This document shows positions 39,301 to 47,920 of a DNA stretch of 51,784 bases, piece by piece. The stretch is from Octopus bimaculoides (taxonomy: Eukaryota). A program made the translations under genes and the position numbers. Location: contig NC_068993.1 in NCBI RefSeq assembly GCF_001194135.2, positions 61,907,947 to 61,959,730 on the forward strand. Direction: 5' to 3'. Position 1 is the first letter of the stretch. Each line of letters starts with the position of its first letter. The notes beneath the pieces are model-generated. The model did not search any database. It had not been told where the DNA came from and was given only the letters and a program-made list of their open reading frames with translations.

Positions 39301-42300
39301 GCTGAAAGAAACCTGTCATATATATGCGTGTGTGTGTGTTTGTCCTCACTGCTGCTTGACAGCCAGTGTTTGGTGTGTTTACATTCCTGTAACTAAGTGG
39401 TTCAGTAAAAGAGTTGGATAGAATAAGTATCAAAAACAAATAAGTACTGGGGTCAATTCACTCGACTAAAGATTCTTCTGCCTTGAAGTGTGTGTACTGA
39501 CCAAGTAGATCTGTAATCAAAGGTACAACCACCTTTATCACTTAGTCTTTCCTTTCAGACAGTGTATCTAAAGCTACTTTATCCAGTTAAGTCCTGGATC
39601 AAAACTGTTCTAATCAAGACAGTATAGCAGCAACATGAGCACTCTTGAACTTTAACTGCCCACATTGTAGCTTTTTACTTTTAACTACCAATTTTGGTTC
39701 ACCATGTGATGGTCAGATCCACCCACACCTTTAACATGATGGACTAGCCTAGCATCTGTTCATCAGTTATAAAATGGGAAGTTCTGGCCTGCTAAGTCCC
39801 TAGGGAGAAGAGTTTTACTATGAGCGATCTGAGATTTTCATGTGAAAACATTTTGATTTCCTTTTGCAGTTTTCAGCTTGGACAGATTTCAAATCAGAAT
39901 CGTTGATGTTATGCTTAGTGTCTAACAAACATTTTGAACAGAAGTAACCAGAATTTTTGTGATGCTGTATTTCAGGTTCTTTTTTCACTAACCTTTATAA
40001 CTTCATTTTTATGAGCATTTAAATCCATATGTTTTAACAAATATAATGACCTACCATTTTGCTGTATCAAATTTTAGCAATAGTAATAAATGTTTCCGAG
40101 CAGTCGATTGCAACTTGTCTTTGAATTTGTTCTTTAATATCTATTCGGACATCAATTAATAGAACTTGACCCACAATTCATACAACATTATATACCTCTA
40201 TTACAGCATGGGAAATAAATAACGTAAACAGGAAGAGCATCCAGCTGTAGAAACCAAGCCAAAACAGACTGGAGCCTAGTGCAACTCTCCAGCTCACCAG
40301 CACCAATCAAACCCTCTTACTCATGCCAGCATGGAAATCAGACACTAAATGAGGAGGAGGAGGAGCAAGTAATAAAAAGAAGATAACTGGAAGTGTTTCT
40401 TATTACCAGTTTCTGTAAAATAGTCATCGAAATTTTCAAATCCGTCTTCATCAATTCGAATATGTTTCCCTTCCAAAATAGCCTTTCCTAGGTTTCTGAA
40501 AACAACAAAAATAATCATTTTAACAACACTCAATTAGCAATAATTATAAATATAGTTAATTGTTAATTAATTTCATCATCATCATCATCATCGTTTAACG
40601 TCTGCTTTCCATGCTAGCATGGGTTGGACGATTTGACTGAGGACTGGTGAAACCGGATGGCAACACCAGGCTCCAGTCTAATTTGGCAGAGTTTCTACAG
40701 CTGGATGCCCTTCCTAACGCCAACCACTCAGAGAGTGTAGTGGGTGCTTTTACGTGTCACCCGCACGAAAACAGCCACGCTTGAAATGGTGTCTTNNNNN
40801 NNNNNNNNNNNNNNNNNNNNNNNNNNNNNNNNNNNNNNNNNNNNNNNNNNNNNNNNNNNNNNNNNNNNNNNNNNNNNNNNNNNNNNNNNNNNNNNNNNNN
40901 NNNNNNNNNNNNNNNNNNNNNNNNNNNNNNNNNNNNNNNNNNNNNNNNNNNNNNNNNNNNNNNNNNNNNNNNNNNNNNNNNNNNNNNNNNNNNNNNNNNN
41001 NNNNNNNNNNNNNNNNNNNNNNNNNNNNNNNNNNNNNNNNNNNNNNNNNNNNNNNNNNNNNNNNNNNNNNNNNNNNNNNNNNNNNNNNNNNNNNNNNNNN
41101 NNNNNNNNNNNNNNNNNNNNNNNNNNNNNNNNNNNNNNNNNNNNNNNNNNNNNNNNNNNNNNNNNNNNNNNNNNNNNNNNNNNNNNNNNNNNNNNNNNNN
41201 NNNNNNNNNNNNNNNNNNNNNNNNNNNNNNNNNNNNNNNNNNNNNNNNNNNNNNNNNNNNNNNNNNNNNNNNNNNNNNNNNNNNNNNNNNNNNNNNNNNN
41301 NNNNNNNNNNNNNNNNNNNNNNNNNNNNNNNNNNNNNNNNNNNNNNNNNNNNNNNNNNNNNNNNNNNNNNNNNNNNNNNNNNNNNNNNNNNNNNNNNNNN
41401 NNNNNNNNNNNNNNNNNNNNNNNNNNNNNNNNNNNNNNNNNNNNNNNNNNNNNNNNNNNNNNNNNNNNNNNNNNNNNNNNNTGCGTCATACAGTCTGCCT
41501 TTTACTCTGAGTGAGAGTCCCTTTGTCGCCAGCAGGGGTAAGAGCTCTCTAAACTTTGCCCAGGCTATTCTTATTCTAGCAGCTACACTTTCAGCGCACC
41601 CACCCCCACTACTAACTTGGTCGCCCAGATAGCGGAAGCTATCGACTACCTCTAGTCTTTCACCCTGGAATGAGATAGAAGTTTGTACAATATAAAGGCA
41701 TCCAGCTGTAAAAACATTACCAGATTAGATTGGAGAGTGGTGCAACTGCTGGCTCTCCAGTCCTCAGTCAAACCGTCCAACCCATGCCAGCATGGAAAAC
41801 GGACGTTAAACGATGATGATGATGATGATGTGAATAAGCACTACATTTGAAAGAGTAAGCTGAATGCTAAAAGATTACAAGTTCATACCAGAAAACCAGG
41901 GAGAGTGGTCATGGGAAGGTTAGTATCAAAAGGCATTCAGTCTTATTAAGCCTCCTCAGTAAAGTATACACTTCACAGTACTTGCTGCCAAAAATTTGAC
42001 TTTTTAAGATAATTCCTCACAGCACATGGAACATCAATTTTACAAAGTTTATTCACTGATTTTGGTCAAACTTTGACAAATACTGGACTATCAGAATTGT
42101 TACATAACCACACAGAATACCTTGCAGTGTTCAAATATGGCTAATTTACATTAAGAGATCATATTTTGTCACGTTCAACTTAGCCTTTAATCCTTTCAAG
42201 AGACAATAAGATAAAGTATGCATCAAGAACTGGGCTTAATTCCTTTCGAGTGTTGAGGTGAGTGGGGCGAGTTCCTTTGGATTGTTGGGCCTCACAGAGG

Positions 42301-42502
42301 CAACGGCCAACATCTTCAACATTATGTCGTGCTTAAGAAGAAGACCTGTTAAGCTGAGCAAAATTGCAGTTGTGGCAGATACTGGAACCAGTAAAAAGAA
42401 TACAGAAATATAAAAACCATAATCAAATTATGGTGAAACTCAAGAAATATAATTATATCAGACACATACTTACATTCCAATTTGAGCAGTGGAAAGTGCC
42501 AT
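19012..42502 (-). CDS. CENPC: CENP-C-like kinetochore protein; spliced model, 21 coding exons, 2133-2157 nt (710-718 aa)
   Basis: All 20 introns are GT-AG and the phases join without a stop. The N-terminus IGINLGKAILEGKHIRIDEDGFENFDDYF resembles the Mif2/CENP-C N-terminal motif. The C-terminus (FAPKPTYRYI..LDSEKAFMGMISMKKG..MFLVQFGKLKVRIGYKNMILTTGDSFMVPENEIYSLRN..GLIVTILK*) lines up by eye with the CENP-C cupin dimerisation domain. The identity is from recognition, not from a database search. Confidence 0.85.
19650..19780. repeat. About 33-bp minisatellite, 3-4 units
   Basis: Unit approximately CATGTCTGATGAAATGGTCTGATTATATAATAA. Confidence 0.8.
19908..19998 (-). CDS. CENPC: CENP-C exon 20, cupin core: MFLVQFGKLKVRIGYKNMILTTGDSFMVPE
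   Basis: tttctag|...|gtaagt; 91 nt, phase 0 to 1; matches the CENP-C cupin pattern F.V..G....IL.TGDSF.VP. Confidence 0.92.
20491..20864 (-). mobile_element. SINE family B copy
   Basis: Collinear with 12581-12950. Confidence 0.85.
21255..21390 (+). repeat. Unclassified interspersed repeat, possibly LINE-derived; second copy at about 42940-43090
   Basis: Both share ACTAACATGAACCGCCT.TTCCCAGAG.TAAAAATG...CCCTA.CTAGAA..A.CG.AAG...CAAGAC.TGGG.GAGG. Confidence 0.55.
21685..21945 (+). mobile_element. tRNA-headed SINE with (AAT)n spacer and Penelope-like tail
   Basis: TGGCGTAGTGGTTAAGAGC..GAGTTCGATTCC head, (AAT)n, then GACAC-CTGATGA-AGGCTGG..TCAGCT-GAAA. Confidence 0.65.
22198..22370 (-). CDS. 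CENPC: CENP-C exon 19, first part of cupin: CFAPKPTYRYINNSMLDSANEHDIVYCCCLDSEKAFMGMISMKKGAYKQLNRSRNQV
   Basis: gttgtag|...|gtaagt; 173 nt, phase 1 to 0. Confidence 0.87.
22615..22760. mobile_element. Tigger/pogo-like DNA transposon end, truncated
   Basis: TA-CAGTAATCTCTCGACTATCGCAGGTGTT resembles pogo/Tigger TIRs; the other end was not found. Confidence 0.5.
22980..23078 (-). CDS. CENPC: CENP-C exon 18, linker: HINAGEYTTRSIRNKSLLTVVKPDDKSYSNTS
   Basis: tttccag|...|gtatgg; 99 nt, phase 1-1. Confidence 0.8.
23493..23790 (-). mobile_element. SINE family C copy immediately downstream of the R8 donor
   Basis: Collinear with 9527-9846. Confidence 0.85.
23805..23906 (-). CDS. CENPC: CENP-C repeat exon R8: VPSNVSEDKQKISPSRNKKSQTTPTEKRTLKSK
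   Basis: ccctcag|GTGTACC...|gtaagt; 102 nt, phase 1-1. Confidence 0.85.
24146..24475 (-). mobile_element. SINE family B copy between R7 and R8
   Basis: Collinear with 12581-12950. Confidence 0.82.
24730..24825 (-). CDS. CENPC: CENP-C repeat exon R7: VPSCVPEDKSSPQRHTKLQPSSTEKHAVKSK
   Basis: ccatcag|GTGTACC...|gtaagt; 96 nt, phase 1-1. Confidence 0.85.
26351..26446 (-). CDS. CENPC: CENP-C repeat exon R6: VPSGLPEDKPSPSKHKTSQPSPTAKQTSKSK
   Basis: In-frame acceptors at 26446 or 26434 (96 or 84 nt); donor gtaagt; phase 1-1. Confidence 0.85.
27025..27111 (-). CDS. CENPC: CENP-C repeat exon R5: (TIPPG)VPKDKSSLRHKKPKPPEKNMLKNK
   Basis: In-frame acceptors at 27111 or 27099 (87 or 75 nt); donor gtaagt; phase 1-1. 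Confidence 0.83.
27708..28005 (+). mobile_element. SINE family C copy between R4 and R5
   Basis: Reverse complement of 23493-23790. Confidence 0.85.
28598..28693 (-). CDS. CENPC: CENP-C repeat exon R4: (TVPSG)VLKDKSSSLRHRKLRPSPIAKPTLKTK
   Basis: In-frame acceptors start the exon at 28693, 28690 or 28681 (96, 93 or 84 nt); donor gtaagt; phase 1-1. Confidence 0.85.
29677..29760 (-). CDS. CENPC: CENP-C repeat exon R3: VAKDKTPPSRHKKPQPPLAAKHTLKSK
   Basis: ccctcag|GTGTAGC...|gtaagt; 84 nt, phase 1-1. Confidence 0.85.
30304..30387 (-). CDS. CENPC: CENP-C repeat exon R2: VPQDKSSPSRHKNPQTTPTEKQTLKNK
   Basis: ctctcag|GTGTACC...|gtaagt; 84 nt, phase 1-1. Confidence 0.85.
31169..31252 (-). CDS. CENPC: CENP-C repeat exon R1: VPQEKSSPLKWGKPEPSPTAKRTLNYE
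   Basis: ccttcag|GTGTACC...|gtaagt; 84 nt, phase 1-1. Confidence 0.85.
31457..32358. other. Assembly gap (902 N) inside the CENP-C-like gene
   Basis: N run. Other gaps at 7213-7739, 8567-8696, 10182-10523, 20388-20397, 33727-33779 and 40796-41481. Confidence 0.99.
32739..32947 (-). CDS. CENPC: CENP-C exon 9: FSTSPEKSKESPRK...GGRSAEKNK
   Basis: ctgacag|...|gtttgt; 209 nt, phase 2 to 1. Confidence 0.83.
33370..33425 (-). CDS. CENPC: CENP-C exon 8: VLPEAVSTRKKRKISVSE; NLS-like RKKRK
   Basis: ttcacag|...|gtaact; 56 nt, phase 0 to 2. Confidence 0.83.
33503..33600 (-). mobile_element. Terminal fragment of the same mariner family
   Basis: TA-CAGAGTGGCCCAAAA...GTTATCATGTAGGCACTTGAAATT... is the reverse complement of 13360-13461. 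Confidence 0.75.
34179..34243 (-). CDS. CENPC: CENP-C exon 7: acidic ENEDDEENEDDLENDNINNNAD
   Basis: ttccag|...|gtaagt; 65 nt, phase 1 to 0. Confidence 0.83.
35240..35601 (-). CDS. CENPC: CENP-C exon 6: VSYVQRVISKRGMKS...SSSKECQ; disordered, Ser/Glu-rich
   Basis: gttgaag|...|gtattt; 362 nt, phase 2 to 1; matches ORF 35031..35591. Confidence 0.85.
36150..36660. mobile_element. Penelope-like terminal-repeat remnants
   Basis: CTGAAGAGCACAGGCTCAAAAC is a decayed hammerhead-type core; the related motif occurs at 11568-11598 and 11817-11847 on the minus strand. Confidence 0.45.
36862..36915 (-). CDS. CENPC: CENP-C exon 5: LSFPVESMSDSCSNASE
   Basis: tttgcag|...|gtaagt; 54 nt, phase 2 to 2. Confidence 0.82.
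37669..37763 (-). CDS. CENPC: CENP-C exon 4: KIVAVKPAADDDNDARNSVSPLSLTNFPARK
   Basis: atttcag|...|gtaagc; 95 nt, phase 0 to 2. Confidence 0.83.
38485..39000 (-). mobile_element. RTE-type LINE/SINE 3' end with internal modular repeats
   Basis: Family signature GGTTGGCGTTAGGAAGGGCATCCAGCTGTAGAAAC...CCAACCCATGCTAGCATGGAAAGCGGACGTTAAAC-(GAT)n. Other copies at about 23125-23345, 26165-26330, 27470-27640, 33835-33965, 35765-35840, 40245-40350, 40573-40795, 41695-41830, 47985-48325 and 49540-49735. Confidence 0.75.
39046..39083 (-). CDS. CENPC: CENP-C exon 3: (D)SDVEIANHTDNV
   Basis: ttttgcag|...|gtaagt; 38 nt, phase 1 to 0; the only candidate I found that bridges exons 2 and 4. Confidence 0.8.
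39160..39470 (+). mobile_element. SINE family B copy
   Basis: Reverse complement of the 12581-12950 family sequence. Confidence 0.8.
40407..40495 (-). CDS. CENPC: CENP-C exon 2: NLGKAILEGKHIRIDEDGFENFDDYFTET
   Basis: tttcag|...|gtaata; 89 nt, phase 2 to 1; conserved N-terminal motif. Confidence 0.9.
42474..42502 (-). CDS. CENPC: CENP-C coding exon 1: MALSTAQIG(I); exon starts at 42511
   Basis: tttcag|aaatggatcATGG...|gtaagt; ends in phase 2 and joins exon 2 in frame; A at -3 and G at +4. An upstream coding extension cannot be excluded. Confidence 0.7.
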
Positions 42503-43589
42503 GATCCATTTCTGAAAAAGATGAACAGGAGATTAAATTAATTTTTTTTTTTTTTCTAATTTTATTTTATAGATCAATTAGAAAGAGGTGAAGTACCTAT
42601 GACCCTTATTTTCCAAGGCCTCCAAGATTAATCCTTTAGCATTCAGGTTACTCTGCCAGACATAATACCAATTTATTCATTCATATTGTTTTGAATCAAT
42701 CACACATTAATTTGTAGCTTCAAGATTTCAATGTGGTTGTTTATTTTTAGAATGACATTATAGGGTAGGCATGAGAGGCCTGACCTGGCCAGTTTGATCA
42801 TATAATGAGTAGAATATTTTGGCCGGATGTGAAGAAAAAAAAAAACAATAACAAATCAACCTTTTATTAAAGGTGGTCAGCTATGATTCTCTGGCTCGTG
42901 CAACAGCCCTTCATACTGGACAGGTTAAAGGATGGAGCCCAACTAACATGAACCGCCTGTTCCCAGAGGTAAAAATGAGTGCACATAGGGACAGTAGCCC
43001 TACCTAGAAAAACGAAAGTTATGAAGCTTCAAAGACATTTCAAAGCCAACAAGACTTGGGGGAGGAAAACCTTCTTTCAAAGAAACATGATGTGGTGCAG
43101 CAATATCTGGAAGGAAGACCAGTTCCTGAAGCACAAGTGGAGATGGACAGGCCAGACACCCACACCTTAAGGAAAACAGCACCCTAAATAAGACATCAGG
43201 CCCTGGTCTGAAACTGATAAGGGAGGCAGAAAAGAGGCCACTCTAAAAATTGCTGGAGGCAGGAGGATACTGATGCAAAACTGAAGAACCAGAAATCTAA
43301 CCAGAATGAAGAAGACAGACAAGAGTCAAGAACAGTGGAGAAAAGTTATCATCTATTTTCCAAAGGGAGCAAAAGGCTTCAGTAGATAAGCTATGACCAA
43401 CCAACAGTTAGTTCGAGGTTGTTGTTGTTGTTTAGCTGCTGATCAATCTTTTAATGAGCGGAATTATAATTAAAAGCATTCCTGCTATAACCATCCAGTA
43501 ACTACTGTTGCCAAACGAGTACTAACACTGCACGAGACTAGAACGTGCATGAGGAAGGCCTGTTACGAAGATCATGGTGGATCTAGGAG

Positions 43590-44860
43590 TATAAGAATTG
43601 GAGGAGATATGATGGCTCGGCCAACCCTCCCCAGTTCTTATATTAATCATTAAAATCCAGGGATCTAGTTCAAAACGGGGGCACCAGTTTTCATTTATGT
43701 TTTTGGTACCGAAAGACTTTCAAACTTCGTATACTTATCTATTTTGTGTTATAGAACAGAAAAAAATTTTTGTATTCGGAGTTATTTCATGTAAAAAATT
43801 GTCTTACTTCGAGAATTTCAACCAATCACTGACAAGTATTCAGCTGTTTACACTTACTCCTTTGGCAGTTTAAGCGGTGTAAAGCGTATTTAATCTCCAT
43901 TTATAATTTCGTTAACATCTGCCTGAACTGTATGTGTACAACATTTGCTTTTTTCATTTTCTTTCACGCGTGTTTATTTCGTTAACATCTGCCTGAACTG
44001 TATGAAATGTTTATTAGCTACTGCCTAACCCTACTGCCAATATGCTTCAGCCATTTTTTGACAAGGAATAATAATTTTATCACTGCCAGAATCGTTTGAG
44101 AATCGTTTGTTTACGTAGTCAGCACTTAATGTATTTGGCTGAATGGACATCAGTCATTGGTTGAAATTACAGAAATACGACAACTTTAGCATGAAATAAC
44201 TTGCGATGTACGTTTTTTTGTTAAGAAGACTAAGAGAAAAAGATGTTTTATATGACACATTCTACCAGTGTCCCAAGTTTCAAAGTGTTTCGTTAAGAAA
44301 ATACTGGTGCCCCCGTTTTGAACAAGATCCGAAAACTGTTGCAGTTGGTTGTTCCATTCCCTCGTCTCTTGCGTTGTTTTTTTTTTCCGTCGTCTCTTCA
44401 TTTTTTTTACGAGTTGTTTGAGAGATATAATTTCGTGTTCGTACTAGGGGTCACCAGTTATAAGAATTGGTGTTGTATGAGAGATTTCGTATCACGTCGG
44501 GTCACCAGTTATAAGAATTGGGTGAGATATGATGGCTCGGCCATCTCTCCCCAGTTCTTATATTAATCATTAAAATCCAGAAATACAACACGAGGGATAA
44601 CGGTAACAACAGAACATAGTTTATTCTAGGTTGGTGTAGAGCTGTTTCGTTCCTGGGTGAATAGGCATGCCGCTAGAATACCAAAGAAGCTTCGACCACA
44701 TGTCGGGGACGAGTTGTGGGATACGGGTTGTCACCACCGCTGCCAGCGAGAAAAGAGAAGGAACGCTATTGCTTTCTTTCCACATGTTACATTGTGCATG
44801 CGTGGTCGGGTACTTCCGCTGACGGCTAGTCCCAAGATGGCGGCCACACGCGCCACTACA
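43590..44860 (-). mobile_element. Internally deleted LTR retrotransposon, probably Gypsy-type: complete 5' LTR 44510-44860, tRNA-Trp PBS 44491-44507, last 71 bp of 3' LTR 43590-43660
   Basis: Minus strand reads TGTAGTGG...AATAAA...TTCTTATA-AC-TGGTGACCCGACGTGAT, complementary to the tRNA-Trp 3' end with one base missing. 43590-43660 repeats the LTR 3' end. The 4-bp flanks are GGAG (43586-89) and TGAG (44861-64). Confidence 0.75.
43661..44330. mobile_element. Non-autonomous TIR element (MITE), 670 bp, nested in the LTR remnant
   Basis: 28-bp TIR GGATCT(A/T)GTTCAAAACGGGGGCACCAGT with one mismatch; imperfect inverted similarity continues for about 190 bp; no TSD; no ORF. Confidence 0.85.
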
Positions 44861-45770
44861 TGAGGGCGGTCCTCAATATTAACTTACACCAAATCCTCAA
44901 CAGCTATCTTCATAAAACTGTCAGCTTGGTGGACGAGTACTAAAACTGCACCAGACTAGAACTTGCACGAGAAAGGCCTGTTACAAAGACAATGGCGAAT
45001 TTAGGAGGACAGTCCTCAACAGTCATCTTCATAACACCAATCAGCCTGGTGGACGAGTGCTTTGGGGTGAAACGGATCCCAAACAGACTGTGTACTTCTC
45101 AGTTATCCAGTACCATCTTCACTATTTTCAACACAATTGTGCTGTCTAACCAAGATGCCAGAAGTGTGAATCTGATCAACGAAATTCATTTATAGTCATT
45201 TACATTTCGAATCAGAGAACCACCGACGTCAACTTTAAAAGAACGATAAACTAACAATTACGTACTGACATGCATTTAAATTCCTATAATGCATTCCGGT
45301 GTGAATAGAATTATAAGAGAACGTGGGTGAAGGTATAATTTGACAGCTATTTCTAACAAGCTGAATGGCCACGTCCAGGCTCCGTTATCGGGTTGTCTGT
45401 AAACATTAGTCTCGATATACGCCTTAGAAATAGCGTAGAGACTGTAAGCTACATACACACGCGCGCGCGCTATATCTGTGTATACAAGAATATGCGTATA
45501 AGTATGTCAACAGCGTCAAGGCATGTGTATAAAATGTAGCAGAGTGCATATATAAGAATATATGTGAGTGTTTGTGCACATAATGTATTATCTGTATGTG
45601 TATATGCACACGCATATATATATATATATATATACACACACTCATGTACATGTGACAGTGTGTGTTTGCGTATATATGTATGAGTGTGCATATTCACATA
45701 CACGTTATATAAATAATGTGCATTTAAAACAGAAACGTCAGTACAATGTTATCCAAACGATAATACTTAC

Positions 45771-45900
45771 ATATCCGACCGTGTACGACCACCATATACC
45801 GCCACTTATTCTGTAATTCTCTGCTCTACAACTTTACTATGAAATATAAACAAACAAATGAAACTCACAAACATTTACAATACCGCCATAATGCTAGGTG
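45771..45900 (-). other. Probable non-coding first exon of CENP-C; 5' end approximate
   Basis: Strong minus-strand donor gtaagtatt at 45770, just downstream of tandem CCAAT boxes. No transcript evidence. Confidence 0.4.
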
Positions 45901-45926
45901 GAACAACACTGAATAATATTGACCTT

Positions 45927-45990
45927 CTGATTGGTTAGAAATGGGGAATTAGGTGGTGGGGGAACAGATCTTCTTGTGTTCTGATTGGTT
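45927..45990 (-). promoter_or_regulatory. Two CCAAT (NF-Y) boxes, probable CENP-C promoter
   Basis: CTGATTGGTT (AACCAATCAG on minus) occurs twice about 54 bp apart upstream of the inferred first exon. Multiple CCAAT boxes are typical of cell-cycle gene promoters. Confidence 0.45.
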
Positions 45991-46873
45991 GAAATATAAA
46001 TGTCAACGCGTGTTGATTTCATTTTTTTTCTTTTAGGCACCAGGCCAGAAAGTGGTTGTTTATATCGACTCGGCCGTCAGTAAGTAAATGTTACCTAACC
46101 TCATGCAGACCCCGACCGAGTAGAACCCTGTTTAAAAGCGTTCGGTCGTGACCATTCCGTCACTTTGCATATTAGGGACCATTTGGATCTTTCTGATTAA
46201 TTTATTAAATGTGTCTTTTTTTTTTGTTCATGACGGTGTTGTCAGGTTTCACTACATATTTTTAGCAAATCGAGCAAGGATTCAGAGGCCTTCTTGACTG
46301 TTGTTTTATTTTATTCGGATTCGATCTCATGTAATAGTACAAAGATATTATTGTAATGCATTGATACTGAGACTAGCGAACCCCAACCTTTTTACGCCAC
46401 GGACCTATTCCCAACAAAGCAATTTTCCCACGGACATAAGAAAACAACATGCATAATATGTAATTTAATTATTACATATATAAAGTAAAAACACCCAGCA
46501 GACTGTCATATCAATGAAATAGAAATAATTTTTTTAAAAATTTATTGTTTGTGAGATCTGGTACCAAATGACAGGCGGTCAGGTGGGTGGGGACCCCTAA
46601 TTTAAAGGATGTACTGAGGATGTATGTCTATTATTGTTCCTGTTTACAGGTCTTCTAACTACTTAGGACGTGCTACAAGACCTACCACATTCTTCAAACT
46701 ATATAGTCCTAACATTTTCTAATTTATGCACAGAGCCAGCAATTTTGAGGGAATGAGTTTAGTCTATACCACTTTCAAAACGAGATGGGTTGGATAAACA
46801 AGTTATATAAAACCCAACGGCGAGAACGTGACACAAATCTGATAGTTTTAAGATTTGTGTGAAAGTAAAGACA

Positions 46874-47310
46874 TAGGCGTGTGGCTGTATGCTACGAAGC
46901 TGGTACTACTAAAGCAGAGTGGTCCCGAACGCGCAGTCGCTAGCTAGTCGTGAGTGGTCGTTCCTAACTCTAACCCTAATCCTAAACACATGTATTCATT
47001 TGCACACGCGCACTTTTTGTAGGATCGACCACTCACGACTAGCTAGCGACTGCGCGTTCGGGACCACTCTGCTTTAGTAGTACCTAAGAAGCTTGCTTCC
47101 CAACCACATGATTCCAGGTTCAGTCCCACTGCGTGGAACCTTAGGCAAGTGTCTTCTACTATAACCATGGGTTTATGAGTGGATTTAGTTGACGAAAACT
47201 GAAAGAAGCCAGTCGTGTGTGTGTTCACCACTGCTTGACAATAGGTGTTGATGTGTTTACATCCCCCGTAACTTAGCGGTTCGACAAAAAGAAACCGATA
47301 GAATAAGTAT
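46874..47310 (+). mobile_element. SINE family B copy split by the 183-bp MITE
   Basis: The head TAGGCGTGTGGCTG resumes as TAAGAAGCTTGCTTCCCAACCACATG after the MITE. Confidence 0.82.
46902..47084. mobile_element. Young 183-bp MITE with perfect 59-bp TIRs, Mutator-like by its 9-bp TSD, inserted in a SINE
   Basis: Arms 46902-46960 and 47026-47084 are exact reverse complements; TSD TACGAAGCT / TAAGAAGCT. Confidence 0.88.
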
Positions 47311-47699
47311 CAAATTTGAAAGATAATAAAATAAAAACTTCGATTTTATATCTGGTTTACAACAAAATAAAACAAGATATTATTTAATAACAACAGAAAA
47401 ATATTTGGGTTGTCAAACCGCATAATGGCTGAGACAGTGGCAGCTCGTGTATAGGAACAGCAGCGCCCCCTATTTCCACCCGATTTTATCGATAACATTC
47501 AATATAATGAATCCTTTTTTCTTTAATTCTTTCTCTATACTTGTACATTATATAATCCATAAGCTTAATGCCAGTAGCCATCCCCTAGTTTATATATATA
47601 TGGGTTTTCTCGTTACCTGGGCTAGAGAAGAAGTTCCAAGTATGGAAGCAAGGTCTAGAATCAAAGGGCCTTAGAGTTAACTTAACAAAAACCAGTCAT

Positions 47700-47920
47700 A
47701 CTAAGTAGGAAGGCAGACAAATCACAAATCTTTTCAGGTAGATGGCCCTGCTCAATCGCTAGGAAAGGTGTAAGTGTAAACTCCATAAGATGCACCCAAT
47801 GTAAGCTTTGGACACACAAAAGGTGAAGCAACATCAGAGGAAAGTTAACAGGGATACTAACTTTTGTATGAGGAAGGTATACAGGTACAATAAATGCTGA
47901 AAATGCACAGAAACTAGACT
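47700..47920 (+). mobile_element. Degraded copy of the same RTE LINE region
   Basis: GRWPCSIARKGVSVNSIRCTQCKLWTHKR*SNIRGKLT..FV*GR, with stops; homologous to 51550-51670. Confidence 0.75.

Noticed and set aside
39800-40140. Alternative CENP-C exon candidates (TAG|ATATTAAAG.. and TAG|ACACTAAG..)
   Set aside because: In the phase required after exon 2, both hit stop codons before a donor; 39046-39083 fits cleanly.
44657-44863. ORF ending MAATRATT with a CAAGATGGCGGC start-like motif
   Set aside because: It lies on the antisense strand of the LTR, and that ATG meets a stop after 8 codons.
46037-46079. Plus-strand AG...GTAAGT cassette suggesting a divergent gene from a bidirectional promoter
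   Set aside because: The sequence resembles a decayed family-A SINE end, and no partner exons were found. Stranded RNA-seq could revive it.
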